Assembly (NCBI GenBank): GCA_009914755.4
Contig: CP086569.2
Span: 8,352,001-8,416,000 of the forward strand
From: the human T2T-CHM13v2.0 reference genome, Homo sapiens
Reading direction: 5' to 3'
Length of the DNA: 64,000 nucleotides
Position 1 is the first letter of the stretch; the number at the start of each line of letters is the position of its first letter. The notes below the pieces were generated by a model. That model saw only the letters and a program-made list of their open reading frames with translations. It was not told the DNA's origin and made no database searches. Positions 11,966-22,634 of this stretch are shown piece by piece. A program made the translations under genes and the position numbers.

Positions 11966-14082
11966 AGAGGGAGGTGAATTAAACTCCAGTGGGTCTCGGC
12001 CTGCCTCACAATGCACTGTGTATTCATGGTCCACAGAAAAATAGAGAACTTGGAGACTGGCAGCCCAAGCAGAGCCAAAAAAACAGGCCATCTAAAGGCT
12101 TGGTGACTCAAAAAAACAGAAGCGATGAAGTGCATTAGCCACATTCATTTAAGCAGACACCACTTATAGTTACACATACACACACAAAAACACACAATGT
12201 CACACAAACATGCAGACATCCAATATTTGCAACATTCCCACAGAAACATATAGCATGGCAACTTCTGAGGCAGTGTGCTTCTGCAGGAAGCCCCAGGTGG
12301 GAGACAGCAACTAAGGGGAACACAGGCATGCTATACCTACAAATCACAGTAGGTCAAGTTTTAAAATGACTCACCACTACAATGTCTAGGCAGGCCTGAG
12401 TAATTTTGCAGATTTCTTTGCATCCTTAGGGATTTCACAATTTATTTTTGGAATTGTGCTTGATGTTTCTTCAGACTCTCATGCCTGTCTTCCCTTGGGA
12501 TCATGGGACTATCTCGTCTATCTTACAGAGAAGAGAGGTAGGAGTCCATGGCATACACAACTACACAGAGGTCTCCCTCTTCTCCAAGCCACAGGGACTG
12601 GGCCCTAGGCAACAATGACAATAATTGTGACACTACCCAGAGATAGCAGTCAGACCTGGTTCCCTGTCAGAGCTGACAGCCTGCCTAAGCAGTAAGAAAT
12701 GGTACAGGCAGAGCCAGCTTGATATCAAGAAAAAGGAGACCTGCAAAAACCTACAGTGAGAGACTAAAAGTCTAGACCTCAGGACTCCTTTAGATGGTTT
12801 CCATGGTCGGGTCTTGCTGGAGGAGGAATGGTTTTGAGACTCTAAGGTGGTCACGGAAACTGTTCTGACTTCATTCCCAAAACATGTTGCTTGCGAGAAT
12901 CGGGTATTGTGGGGATTGGAATATAGTATGGTGTGTTGTTGAGGGTTCTTTGGGTGATAGAATCATACTTCCCAAAGTTGGAAGTCAGCGAAAGATGGCC
13001 AAGCCCTTGGCCTCACAGCCTCCCTTCATCCTAGGCCTTGCAGAGGCTTTCTGGGAAAAGTAGGAACCAACACAAAGGCAAGTCCAATGTGAAGCAGTGT
13101 TCTCACACCTCATATTGTCCTCTCACAGGTGCAGATGAGGTTTATACAGTGTCTCAGATGCTGTCTATAGAATGGCAAGCCTGAAAAATATGTCCATTAG
13201 TTCTGTTGAGGGGCACTGTGGATTCCACATGAAAGCACCAATAAAAATAAATAAATAAACAAGGCTTGCCTGAGAGAATGAGCTGCCTTCTGCTGGACTC
13301 TAAGCAGTGTTCAATGAATCCTGTTAGAAGACCCATAACCCTCCTGCGAAGTGCAAACAAATTCAGCCCCCACAACAAGATAATGACCCACGATGTGGCT
13401 TGGAGCCAGCCAAATGGAAGTCCCTTTTGCTGTCTGAAATTTCTGGCAGCTACATAATCTGTGGCAACTGGCAGTCCCCTTCCAGCAACAGTTCAATGAA
13501 AGCGCCCCTCCAAAATGAAAAGGCTGAGCAGATGAAATGAAACAAAGTCTAGATTGCCAGGTAAAAGCCTGATATGGCTGCCTGCTTCTCATCCTACATG
13601 AATCACGCACCCCTCAGATAGATGTGAGATAACAAATTTCCTTTTGGTGGCTCTAAAGGGAATATACGGTCTTAAAGTATCAATCTTCCCAGTCATTAAA
13701 ACATGACAATGTTCAGAAGGAAACACTCATGCAATTTCCCATGAGGATCGTTCTCCATGAACTGGGAAACATTTAAGGTGGTAGTCATTGGGCCAGACTT
13801 AGGAAACCCTAAAGCAATTAGAATCATGGAAGTCACAAAAACAAAAGGCATGTCTAGAAGTCACAGCCACATCCCACCCAGCATCAATCCATTCCACTCA
13901 CATTTGCCTCCAGGTATGAAAACCCACAAATGAGTAGTTTGCCAGTATGGCCCCTATTTGTACTCTGAATGTTCTTGTGCATTGGAGTACTCCCACCTGA
14001 ACACTGAGCCATTGTGTGGATTTCTTTTGCAATTAAGGGAATGTGGGGATGAAGTTGGAAGCAACTTTTTTGTCATCTGTCT

Positions 14083-14114
14083 TTATTTATTTATTTATTA
14101 TTTATTTATTTATT
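14083..14114 (+). repeat. (TTTA)n microsatellite
   Basis: tttatttatttatttattatttatttatttatt, directly upstream of the unit boundary AG. Confidence 0.9.
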
Positions 14115-16403
14115 GCAGGTGAAGTTGCAAGACCCCATCCACCCCTCACTACATTGTATCCTCATTCCTATCTGATCTTATTGCTGCTCACACTCTATAT
14201 CCCAGGATAAAATCCCAAGACAATGGAGGAGTACCTCCTGAGGATGTGAAGCACCTGCTTGACTCAGAACTGAATTTGAGGTAAATTTAAGGGGCCCAAT
14301 CAACAGGACTGCTAGTGTCTCTCCCTGTGTTGACTGTAGGAATATGAAACACGGGCATGTCTGTCTTTTGGCATGATGTGTTCTTATTCCTTTTCTAGAA
14401 GAGTGGCTTTTGTTTGTTTTGTTTTGTTTTCTGATTTGTTTTTTTGCTTTTGCAGAAGGAGTTGATTTGGACACATTCAACTAAAAATAAAAAATAAAGA
14501 ACATCATGCCCCACAACCCAAGCAGAGCCACATATGCAGGCCACCAAAAGCTGGGGAGACTCCAAAAAAAAGTGCTAAAGTGCTTTACCCACATTCCTTT
14601 AAGCTGACTCCACTTACATTCACACACACAAACACAAACACACACATACACAAAGAGTAACCTTGAAAAACACTGGTGGGCTATACCAGGAAGTCACAGT
14701 AGCACAAGTTTCAAAAAGACTCACCTTTACAACATCTAGGCAGGCCTGAGGAATCCTGCAGATCTTCTTGGATTCTTAGGGATTTCATGGTTTATTCCTC
14801 AGGCTCTGTTTGACATTTCTTGAGGCTGGCTCATGTCTGCCCTCTCCTAGGATCATGGATCAAACCCATGGATCCCACAGAGAAGACAGGTGAGTCCAAC
14901 ACCAATGCACCTCCACAGACATCTTCTCTGCCAAGCCACAGGGACTTGTCTCTTGGCAACGGTGACATTCATTGTGATGCTAACCAGTGCTCACAATCAG
15001 GCCTAGTCCCCTCAAACTAGCACATGTCCATTTCTGAGGCAGACTCAGGAGTCAGGCTTTGAGAGCTGTCAGCCTGCCTAAGCAGAGGAAAGTGGTACAG
15101 CCAAACCCATCCTGGTATCAGGAAAAAAGCTGCCTGTGAAAATCCACTGCTCAGGGCCTTTTTGGGTGGACCCCATGGTTGAATCCTGCTGTGTCAGGAG
15201 GCATTTGAAGACTATGAGGTTGTCTCTGGAAACTGCTCTTCTGACTCCACTCCTGAAAAACGCTGTGTGCAAGAATCAGGTCCAATGGGAATTGGAATAT
15301 TGTCTGGTGTGCTGTTGCATGTTCTTTGGGTGATAGAATCATACCTCAGACCTCAGAAGCTATTGTCAGTGAAAGATGGCCAGGTTGTTGACCTCACTGC
15401 TCCCCTTCATCTGGGCCTCACAGAGGCTTTCTAAGAAAGGCAGGAACCAGGACAATGGCAAGTCCAAGGTGAAGCGGTATTCTCACAACTTGGACTGGCC
15501 TCTTAGGCATGCAGGTGAGGTTGAGACCTGTCTCAGAGATTGTCTGTGTTGACGGCCAGGCTGAAAATGTTTCCAGTAGTGCAGTTGAGGGGCACAGTAG
15601 ATTCCTGATGAAAGCAAAGAAAGGCCAAGGCTCACATGAGAGAATGAGCTAACTGGTGCTGGGTCCAAGCAATGTTCAATGATGCCTCTTAAAGGACCCA
15701 AAAGTCCACTGCAAAGTGCAAACAGCCTCAGCCCTGGAAATGAGACAATCACCCGCATGCTGGAGCACAGCCAGCCTACCTGAAGTCCGTTTTGCTGTCT
15801 GAAATCCCTTCCAGCTAAATAATCTGTGGTAACAGGCAGCCCCACTCAGCAACAGCCCAATGAAAGAGGCTCTCCACAATGAGAAGGCCATGCAGATGAA
15901 ATGACACAGAGGCTAGATTACCAGGCCAAAGGTAGACATGGCTGCCTACTTCCCATGCTACGAGAATCATGCAGTCCACTAACACAAGTGGGAAAACAAG
16001 AGTTTCCTTGTTGGTGGCTGTAACAGAAATTTATGGTTTTAAATGTATCAAAGCTGTCCAGTCATTAAAATATGACAGTGTTTAGAATGAGACACTTATG
16101 CAATGGATTCCAGAAGTGCTGTTCTCTGTGAACTAGGAAAGGTTTATTGTGGAAGTCGTTGAGCCAGACCTGAGAAGCCCTAGGGCAAAGGGGAACATGG
16201 AAGTTAATATAAGAATAGCAAGTGTGGAGGCCACATTCCACCCAGTGTCAATATATTCCACTCCCATTTTGCTCTGGGCTTGAAAGCCCTCAAATCGGGA
16301 GTTTGACAGGATGGCCCCAATTTGCACTCCAAATATTCCTTGCATATTGGAGTACTCCCATCTGAACACTGGGACCTGGTTTGGACTTATTCTGCAATTA
16401 AGG

Positions 16404-16785
16404 TGAGGAGAGAGATCATTTCTCTTACTGCCTCCTGTTTCTGAAGAGAAGGAGGAAGTAAAAGCTAAAAAAAACAACAGGAATGATAGCAGTGGCAAGA
16501 CCAGCTGGCACCACTAATGACCAGTCCTGAGGCTAAATGATTAACCCACCACTTTAACCACATTTGTATCTATAAATCTCAATTTATTATGCCCCTTTCC
16601 TGTAGAAGCCCTTAGAGTTCTAAGCCCTTAAAAGGGCCTGGAACTCTTTCTTCAGGGAGCTTGGTCCTTGAGACGTGGGTCTGCCAATGCTCCCAAACAA
16701 ATAGAGCCACTTTCTTCTTTTACCTGTTGTCTAAGTTTTTATTTTTGTTTTTGTTTTTGTTTTCCCCACCACTCGTACTGCTACA
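16404..16785 (+). repeat. ERV 5' LTR (~382 bp)
   Basis: Starts TG, ends CA. Homologous to 22205-22565 but roughly 15-25 percent diverged by eye, and it has a T-rich microsatellite (~16735-16768) absent from the 3' copy. TATAAA at 16571-16576. Confidence 0.8.
16571..16576 (+). promoter_or_regulatory. TATA box (TATAAA) in the 5' LTR U3 region
   Basis: ..catttgtatcTATAAAtctcaatttattatgccc..; the homologous 3' LTR position reads TATAGA. Confidence 0.4.
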
Positions 16786-16789
16786 TTTC

Positions 16790-16807
16790 TTGGTTCCCTG
16801 ACCTGGA
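16790..16807 (+). promoter_or_regulatory. Candidate primer-binding site (TGG-initiated, 4 nt after the 5' LTR end); cognate tRNA not identified
   Basis: ..ctgctaca|tttc TGGTTCCCTGACCTGGAA.. Position and TGG start fit a PBS. I cannot match the 18-mer to a tRNA 3' end from memory. Confidence 0.25.
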
Positions 16808-17639
16808 AATGAGGTGATTAATGCACAATCAAGGCAGCCCCCAAGGCAGCTTAGGCTTGCCCTGCAACATATCCCTGTGGGTAACTCCAGCCAGCTTGAG
16901 TAACATGTATCCTGAGAGTGCTCCTGGTTAGATGTTTTCCCAGGTGGAACACTTCATCAGAGCAGTACACTGCAGGCCCCCACAAAGGATCAATACAGTG
17001 GCTGTACTCTGCGAATAAACTGGTTCTTGGAGTCCAGACATCTGGAATATGGTAGAAGGAGTCCTGGTAACTTGCTCACTCCATTTAAGTGGAAACATGG
17101 TCTGATTACCCACAATGTGTCCTTATCAACACTTTGGTATTGATTTTGATTTGGCTTGACTTGCTTGCAAAAAGGAAAAAGAAATTGAGTGAGTGCTTGA
17201 GTTTCAGATGGGAGAGATGAGTGACTGAACCCTTTACCCTTTCCTTCTTCTGATGTGTGTTGTCTTGACTCAGGAAGAAGATGGATGGAACATAAAGTAA
17301 GCCCACTCCGTTAGAAACTATGCTGAAAAATTTCAAGAAACCAGCAAAACTTAGAACTTTGTGTGAGATAGACTGGCTAGCTTCTGGCACTACAACAAAA
17401 CTTGAGGGTAAATAAACATTTAATTGGAATGAATCATAGAAAACTGATTAGAAGAATACTTGATGTTCATGATAATTGTGGTGCAAGACAGTTTTAAGTA
17501 TGTTTTTAGTATTTTTATAGTTCAGGAAGATATATTCTAGGAGCAGTTTTAGATGACTCTTATTTCTGTAGTAATATTCAATATAGTGTACCTGCTTTGT
17601 AGTCAGAAGAAGGCTAGAAGTTGAATTCAGGCATTTTCT

Positions 17640-19290
17640 TCCAATAAAGCTAATTATGGCTCATTCCCATTGACAAGGTGTAGATTTGGATTAGCAATTG
17701 TAATTACATCTGTGATTCTTAATTAATGATGTTAATTCAGAGATATGTAAAGTGCAAGTGAGCTTCTCTGCTGTCACTGGCCTTCCAACATTTTTATCCA
17801 GTGTTGTATTTGAAATTTCTGCTTCTGTAAATAAATTTTTGAAGATTACAAGTGGTTTGGTCATCAGAAGGAAGCCTGGATAGGTACCTTGTTTCAAAAG
17901 TGTGGCACAAGGTAACTGGTAAGCTGGGATACCCAGACCAGTTTCTGTACATAAATACTTGGTTACAGCTGGTTTTAGACCCCTCACAGTGGTTAAGAGG
18001 ACATGCAGCAGTAGTACTAGCAGCAAAGTGGCAGACAGCCAAAAAAGAATCCCACTCCATCCACTGAAGGGAATTGGCTCCTAAAGTCTTGACCCAACAT
18101 CAGAGGATTCATGGCAAGAAATGGATCCAGTTGCCCCCACTTCACCAAGAAGGAAGGCCTCCTGAGCCCACTACACCTGAGCTTCCACAAGACCTACATA
18201 ACCCTAGGCCACCCAGAGTAGAAAGGAAAGGATGTGAGACCTCAGGAGAAACTCCTCCCTTCATAGCCTGTTTGAGGTCTAGAATTGAAATACAAATGTG
18301 CCTGAGAGAGCAGTGGTAGATGAGGATGGGCATATGGTGGAAAGGTGAGCCTTTGTGTACTTACCCTTCAGCTTTGCCAATCTCCTCAATTGGAAATACA
18401 ATATCCCATCCTATACGAAAAATCATCAAGCTATAATTGATTTGCTCAAAACTATTATCCAGACCAACAACCCCACGTGGGCCGATTGCCCCCAGTTGCT
18501 CATGTACCCTTTTAACACAGATTAAAGGAGGAGAGTGTTCCAAGCAGCAACTAAGTGGAAGGAAGAACATATTTCAGCTGATTACGAAAACACTCAAAAC
18601 TATGTGAGGATCTAATTACCAGGAACAGACCCACAGTGGGACCCAAATGAAAAAGAGGGTATGCAAAGGTTAAACTTGTACAGGGCACCCCTTCTGGAAG
18701 GGTTAAAGAAGGGAGCTCAGAAGGCCACAAATGTTTTACAAGAGACTATATGAGGCCTATTGTATGTTTACTCCCTTTGATCCCAATGGCCCTGATAATC
18801 AGAACATGATTAACATGGATTTAGTTAGTTAAAGTACACAAGACATTAGAAGAAAATTGCAGAAACAGGCTGGGTTTGCAGACATACATACTTCACAGTT
18901 ATTGGAGATAGTCAACCAGGTGTTTGTAAATAGAGATTCACTAAGATACAGAGAGAACTGCAGAGAGAGAGAGAGTGAATGCCAAGCCCAGTGAAATGCC
19001 AACCTGCTAGCTGCAGCTATTAGAGGGGTTCCCCCAAAGGGGCAAGAGAGGGGGCCACAGGAAAAATACCCAGTCTGGTCATCCAGGCTTGCAGCATAAC
19101 CAGTGTGCTTACTGTAAGGAAATAGGACATTGGAAGGACAAGTGCCCCAGTTGGAAGGAAAACAAGGTGACTCTGAGCAGGAGGCATCAGACAAGGATGA
19201 AGGAACCTCCTTCAATCTGGAAGTCCAGTTCAAACTGGACTGAGGGAGACCAGGCTCATGTGCACTACTAACCACCTTGGTTGCCCTCTT
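17640..19290 (+). pseudogene. gag: ERV gag (MA-p12-CA-NC), disrupted by stops and frameshifts
   Basis: MA-like ..GYPDQFLYINTWLQLVLDPSQWLR.. (ORF 17852..18067; compare MLV [24 protein letters not shown]). Proline-rich p12-like ORF 18074..18319. CA 'major homology' stretch ..LLNWKYNIPSYTKNHQAIIDLLKTIIQTNNPTWADCPQLL.. at ~18376-18500. NC CCHC knuckle QCAYCKEIGHWKDKCP at 19104-19151. Confidence 0.8.
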
Positions 19291-21560
19291 ATCCAAAAAG
19301 ACTATTGATATAACCGAAGCCACAGGGGTCTCAGCAAAGCAAGCTTTCTCTTTGCCCCAGACCTGCACTGTAGGGGGGCATGAAGTGATTCACCAGTTCC
19401 TGTACATGCTTGACTTCCTCTTGCCTTCGGTAGGAAAGGACCTACTTAACAAAATGAGAGCCACTGTCCCTTTACAAAGCACAGCTCCTTACAGATAAAG
19501 TTAACTGGAGTGTGAGTCATAATGACCATTACAGTTTTTCAGGAGCCAGGCCCAAAGATAGGACAAGCTCTGGCTAAGTGATGGCCAACGGTGTGGGTGG
19601 GAGACAGCCTTCCAAGGTTGGCAGTCAACTAAGCCCCCATACTCAGAGAAGTTAAGCCTGTGACAGCCAGTCAGGCAACATAAGTACCCAGTTCCCATAG
19701 AAGCTCTTGAAGGTACCCAGGTGCATCTCAAGGGCCTGGGGGCCTCTGAAATTAGACTCCCTTGTCAATCTCCAAGGAACACCCCCCTCCTGTCTGCTCT
19801 CCAGCCAGAGACCAAGGGCTACAGGCCGGTACAGGACTTGCACTTGGTCAACCAAGGTACAGTGACTTTGCCCACAATGGTACTTAACCCATACACATTG
19901 TTGGGAATTCTGTCAGCTGAGGACAGCTGAAGGATGCTTTCTTTAGCATCAGACTAGCCCCTTAGATCCAGAAATTGTTTGCCTTTCAGTGGGAGGATCT
20001 GGGGTCAGGTGTCATCACTCTGTACACTTGGACCTGTCTTCCCCAAGGGTTTAAGAACTCCCCCACCATCTTTAGGGAAGGCACTGGTTTGAGACCTCCA
20101 GAAGTTTTCCATCAGAGACCTAGACTGTGTGTTGCTCCAGTACATTGACGACCTCTTGTGGGGAAACCCCAAGGCAGTCAGGTGCATCAAGGGAATTGTT
20201 ACCCTTCTCTAACAACTGGAGGACTGTGGGTATAAGCTCTCCAAGAAAAAAGCTCAGATCTGCTGACTGCATTTACATTACCTGGGATTTACTATCTGGC
20301 AGGGGGAGCACAGCCTGTGATAAGAATGAAAGCAGGTCAACCTACAAGGAAAACAGTCATGAACTACAGAGAATACCAGTGAGCTTCCATCTTGATTGCC
20401 TTGAGGAACTCTGGAGCTGACTCAGAGGCTCAAAAAGCACTATCTACACCCTACCAGGCATCTGTCACAGCCCCTGCTCCCTCAGTCACCTGTACTTGAA
20501 TCTACTTATTCTAAAGAAGAGAAAGACTTTCCCCAAGCAGAGGGAGGGCCAGTGAGAGAAGAGGGATGCATCCAGTTATTGGACAGAAGAATAGCTGTGC
20601 CACAACTGCTAGGGGCTGCAGTCATACTGTCTGTGCATGAGACTACCCACTTAGACCAAGAGTCACTTGAAAAGTTGTTAGTCTGGTACTTCTATGTCTA
20701 GCATCTGTCGCTACCCACAGCACAATGCTAGGTAAGTTCCAAACTTCATACAACCTTCATACAACCTTATGGAGCAACCCCCGTTGAAGATCTCCAATTA
20801 GACTTCACGGGCATGTCCAAATGTGGAGGTAACAAGTATTTGCTAGTTCTAGTGTGTACATACTCTAGGTGAGTGGAGGTCTATCCAACATGAACTGAGA
20901 AAGCTTCTGAGGTAACCCATGTGCTTCTCCAAGATCTTGTCCCTAGGTTTGGACTATGCTTATGAATCAGCTTGGAGAATGGGCCAGTGTTTGTGGCTGA
21001 CTTGGTAAAAAAGATAGCAAAGGTGTTGGGGATCACATGGGACATACATACAATTTACCAACTGTAGAGCTCCAGAAAAGTGGAGCAGATAAATCGGACT
21101 ATCAAAATAGTTTAGGGAAGTGTGTCAAGAAACAAGGTTAAAGTGGGTACAAGCTCTCCCTATGGTATTGTTTAAGACTAGATGTACCCCTTCTAAAATT
21201 ACAGAATATTCCCCTTATAAAGAATTATATCATAGGTTCCTTCCCGTACAATGGGGACTCTCAGGCATTTCTCGAGAGCTAGGTGAAATTGACTTACAGT
21301 GACAGCTGAAGGCTTTAGGGAAAATTACACAAACAATTTCAGCCAGGGCAAATGAAAGCTGTCCTGTCAGCTTATTCTCTGCAGTTCATCCTTTCTCCTC
21401 AGGTGATCAGGTTTGGATCAAAGATTGTAATGTAGCACTCTTGCAGCCACAGGAGGAAAGAACCCTAGAGCATCATCTTGACCACTCCCACAGCTATAAA
21501 GATAGAGAAAATCCTATCCTGGATCCACCACAGCCACATAAAACCTACAGCACCTGAGAC
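19290..21560 (+). pseudogene. pol: ERV pro-pol (protease, RT, RNase H, integrase), multiple frameshifts and stops
   Basis: Protease-like ..QFLYMLDFLLPSVGKDLLNKMRA.. (19277..19498). RT ..LPCQSPRNTPLL..KGYRPVQDLHLVNQ.. (19721..19930), ..[22 protein letters not shown].. (~19990-20090), YIDD at 20141-20152. Integrase ..LDFTGMSKCGGNKYLLVLVCTYSRWVEVYPT.. (~20795-20890), ..ALPMVLFKTRCTP.. (21120..21302), and a C-terminal ..IILTTPTAIKIEKILSWIHHSHIK.. at ~21475-21545. Confidence 0.8.
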
Positions 21561-22188
21561 CTGGAAGGTGAGGCCAAGCCCAGACAACACCTGCAAGCTG
21601 ACATTGAAGATGACAAGTCCTGCTCCAGTCACACCCTGAAGCTGACTGGTCCATGCATGGTTGAAGCATGAGGAAACTCATCGTGAGACTCATTTTCCTT
21701 AAATTTTGGACTTGTACAGTAAGGACTTCAACTTGACCTTCTCAGACTGAAGACTGTTCAAGTTACTGAGGTAGGGCAAAGAGTTAAAAGAGTCTTTCTG
21801 TTTTTATGATTATTATGAATGTACTGGAACTTTAAAAGGGACTTGTTTGTATAATGCCACAAAACAGAAGGTATGCAGCACAGGAAATTACCAGCCTTAT
21901 GTGTGATAACCCATTAGAACTACTCGATCCCTAGTGGAAAACAGGAGAGTAAGTAATTCTAGGAATCAATGCAACTAGACTCTATCCCTGAGTAAATATT
22001 TTAATCTAATGAGAGGTCCACAGGCACTCTCCAAAGCTGGTGTTTACTCCACTGTTTAGCATATTTCTAGCAACTTAGTTCATCAAAAGACCACAGCACA
22101 AGTGTGTTACATGAATTGCTGGCGATCTGTCTCTCAGGAAGACCTGAATAGTGAAGATGAGAGTGAGAATTCCCACTAGTGAGTGAGG

Positions 22189-22204
22189 TTCTCAAAGAGG
22201 GGAA
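22189..22204 (+). promoter_or_regulatory. Polypurine tract (PPT) immediately 5' of the 3' LTR
   Basis: ..ggttctcAAAGAGGGGAA|TGAGGAGAGAGG.. Confidence 0.6.
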
Positions 22205-22565
22205 TGAGGAGAGAGGCCATTTCTCTTACTGTCTCCTGTTCTTTGAAGAGAAGCAGGAAGTAAAAGCTGAAAAACAACAGGAATGAAATCAGTGGCAAGA
22301 TCAGCCAGTGCTATTGATGACCAGGTCTGTCACTAAAATATCAGCCCAATACTCTAACCACACGTGCTATCTATAGATCTCAACCTGTCATTAAACTTTC
22401 ATGTGGAACCCCTTAGAGTTGTAAGCCTTTACAAAGGCCAGAAACTCTTTCTTCCGTGAACGTAGTTCTTGAAACATGCATCTGCCAATGCTCCCAGCTG
22501 AATAAAGCCATTTACTTCTTTAATCTGGTGTCTGACGGATTTTCTCTGCAGCTCATCCTGCTACA
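22205..22565 (+). repeat. ERV 3' LTR (~361 bp)
   Basis: Preceded by the purine tract ctcAAAGAGGGGAA. Contains TATAGA at the position homologous to the 5' LTR TATAAA, and AATAAA at 22501-22506. Ends ..CTGCTACA. Confidence 0.8.
22501..22506 (+). terminator. Polyadenylation signal AATAAA in the 3' LTR R/U5 region
   Basis: ..cccagctgAATAAAgccatttacttc..; the 5' LTR homolog reads AAATAG (decayed). Confidence 0.45.
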
Positions 22566-22634
22566 AAGAGAATGTGAGGTCAGATTTGCTGGAAGCTTCT
22601 GTGTCATCTGTCTTCATTTATTTTGTTTTTGCAG

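Larger units (their letters stand above)
11631..14118 (+). repeat. Unit U5 (~2488 bp; poly(T)39)
   Basis: Boundary motif degenerate (..tttatttattt|TGAAGTTAAAGTTGCAGGACC..); T39 run at 11925-11963. Confidence 0.6.
1..16403 (+). repeat. Tandem macrosatellite array, part A (partial unit U0 plus U1-U5 and 5' part of U6), unit ~2.45 kb, head-to-tail
   Basis: A ~2.3-2.6 kb period is seen directly: the motif ..CATCTGTCTT-(T-rich)-GCAG|GTGAAGTTG..CCCATCCACCCCTCACCAGATTGTATCCTCACCCCTATCTGACC..GATGAAATCCCAAGATGATGGAGGAGTGCCCC..GAATTCGAG|GTAAATTCAAGG recurs near 1765, 4080, 6645, 9111, 11631 and 14119. The order of sub-segments is the same in every copy. Confidence 0.92.
16404..22565 (+). mobile_element. 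Degenerate class I (gammaretrovirus-like) endogenous retrovirus provirus, ~6.16 kb: 5'LTR-leader-gag-pro-pol-(env largely deleted)-PPT-3'LTR
   Basis: Two homologous ~360-380 bp direct repeats (16404-16785 and 22205-22565) begin TGAGGAGAGAG.. and end ..CTGCTACA. Internal translation (+ frames) gives gammaretrovirus-like gag and pol with stops and frameshifts. It is inserted in the same orientation as the array. Host flanks are AAGG at 16400-16403 and AAGA at 22566-22569, a possible 4 bp target-site duplication with 1 mismatch. Confidence 0.88.
14119..22634 (+). repeat. Unit U6, interrupted by the ERV provirus (host parts 14119-16403 and 22566-22634, ~2.35 kb together)
   Basis: Unit sequence runs to ..ctgcaattaagg at 16403. 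It resumes with ..aagagaatgtgaggtcagatttgctggaagcttctgtgtcatc at 22566, which matches the unit consensus ..aattaagggaatgtggggatggagttggaagcaccttctgtgtcatc. Confidence 0.8.

Noticed and set aside
16790-16807. tRNA gene near the ERV 5' LTR
   Set aside because: Only an 18 nt TGG-initiated primer-binding-site-like motif is present. It has no cloverleaf-capable ~72 nt context.
18829-19368. 179 aa ORF on the minus strand inside the ERV
   Set aside because: It is antisense to the clearly recognisable gag CA/NC region, which reads on the + strand. It is a spurious antisense ORF.
21560-22188. Possible env remnant between pol and the PPT
   Set aside because: About 630 bp with no recognisable SU/TM motif in any frame by eye. 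I treat env as deleted and did not annotate a pseudogene.
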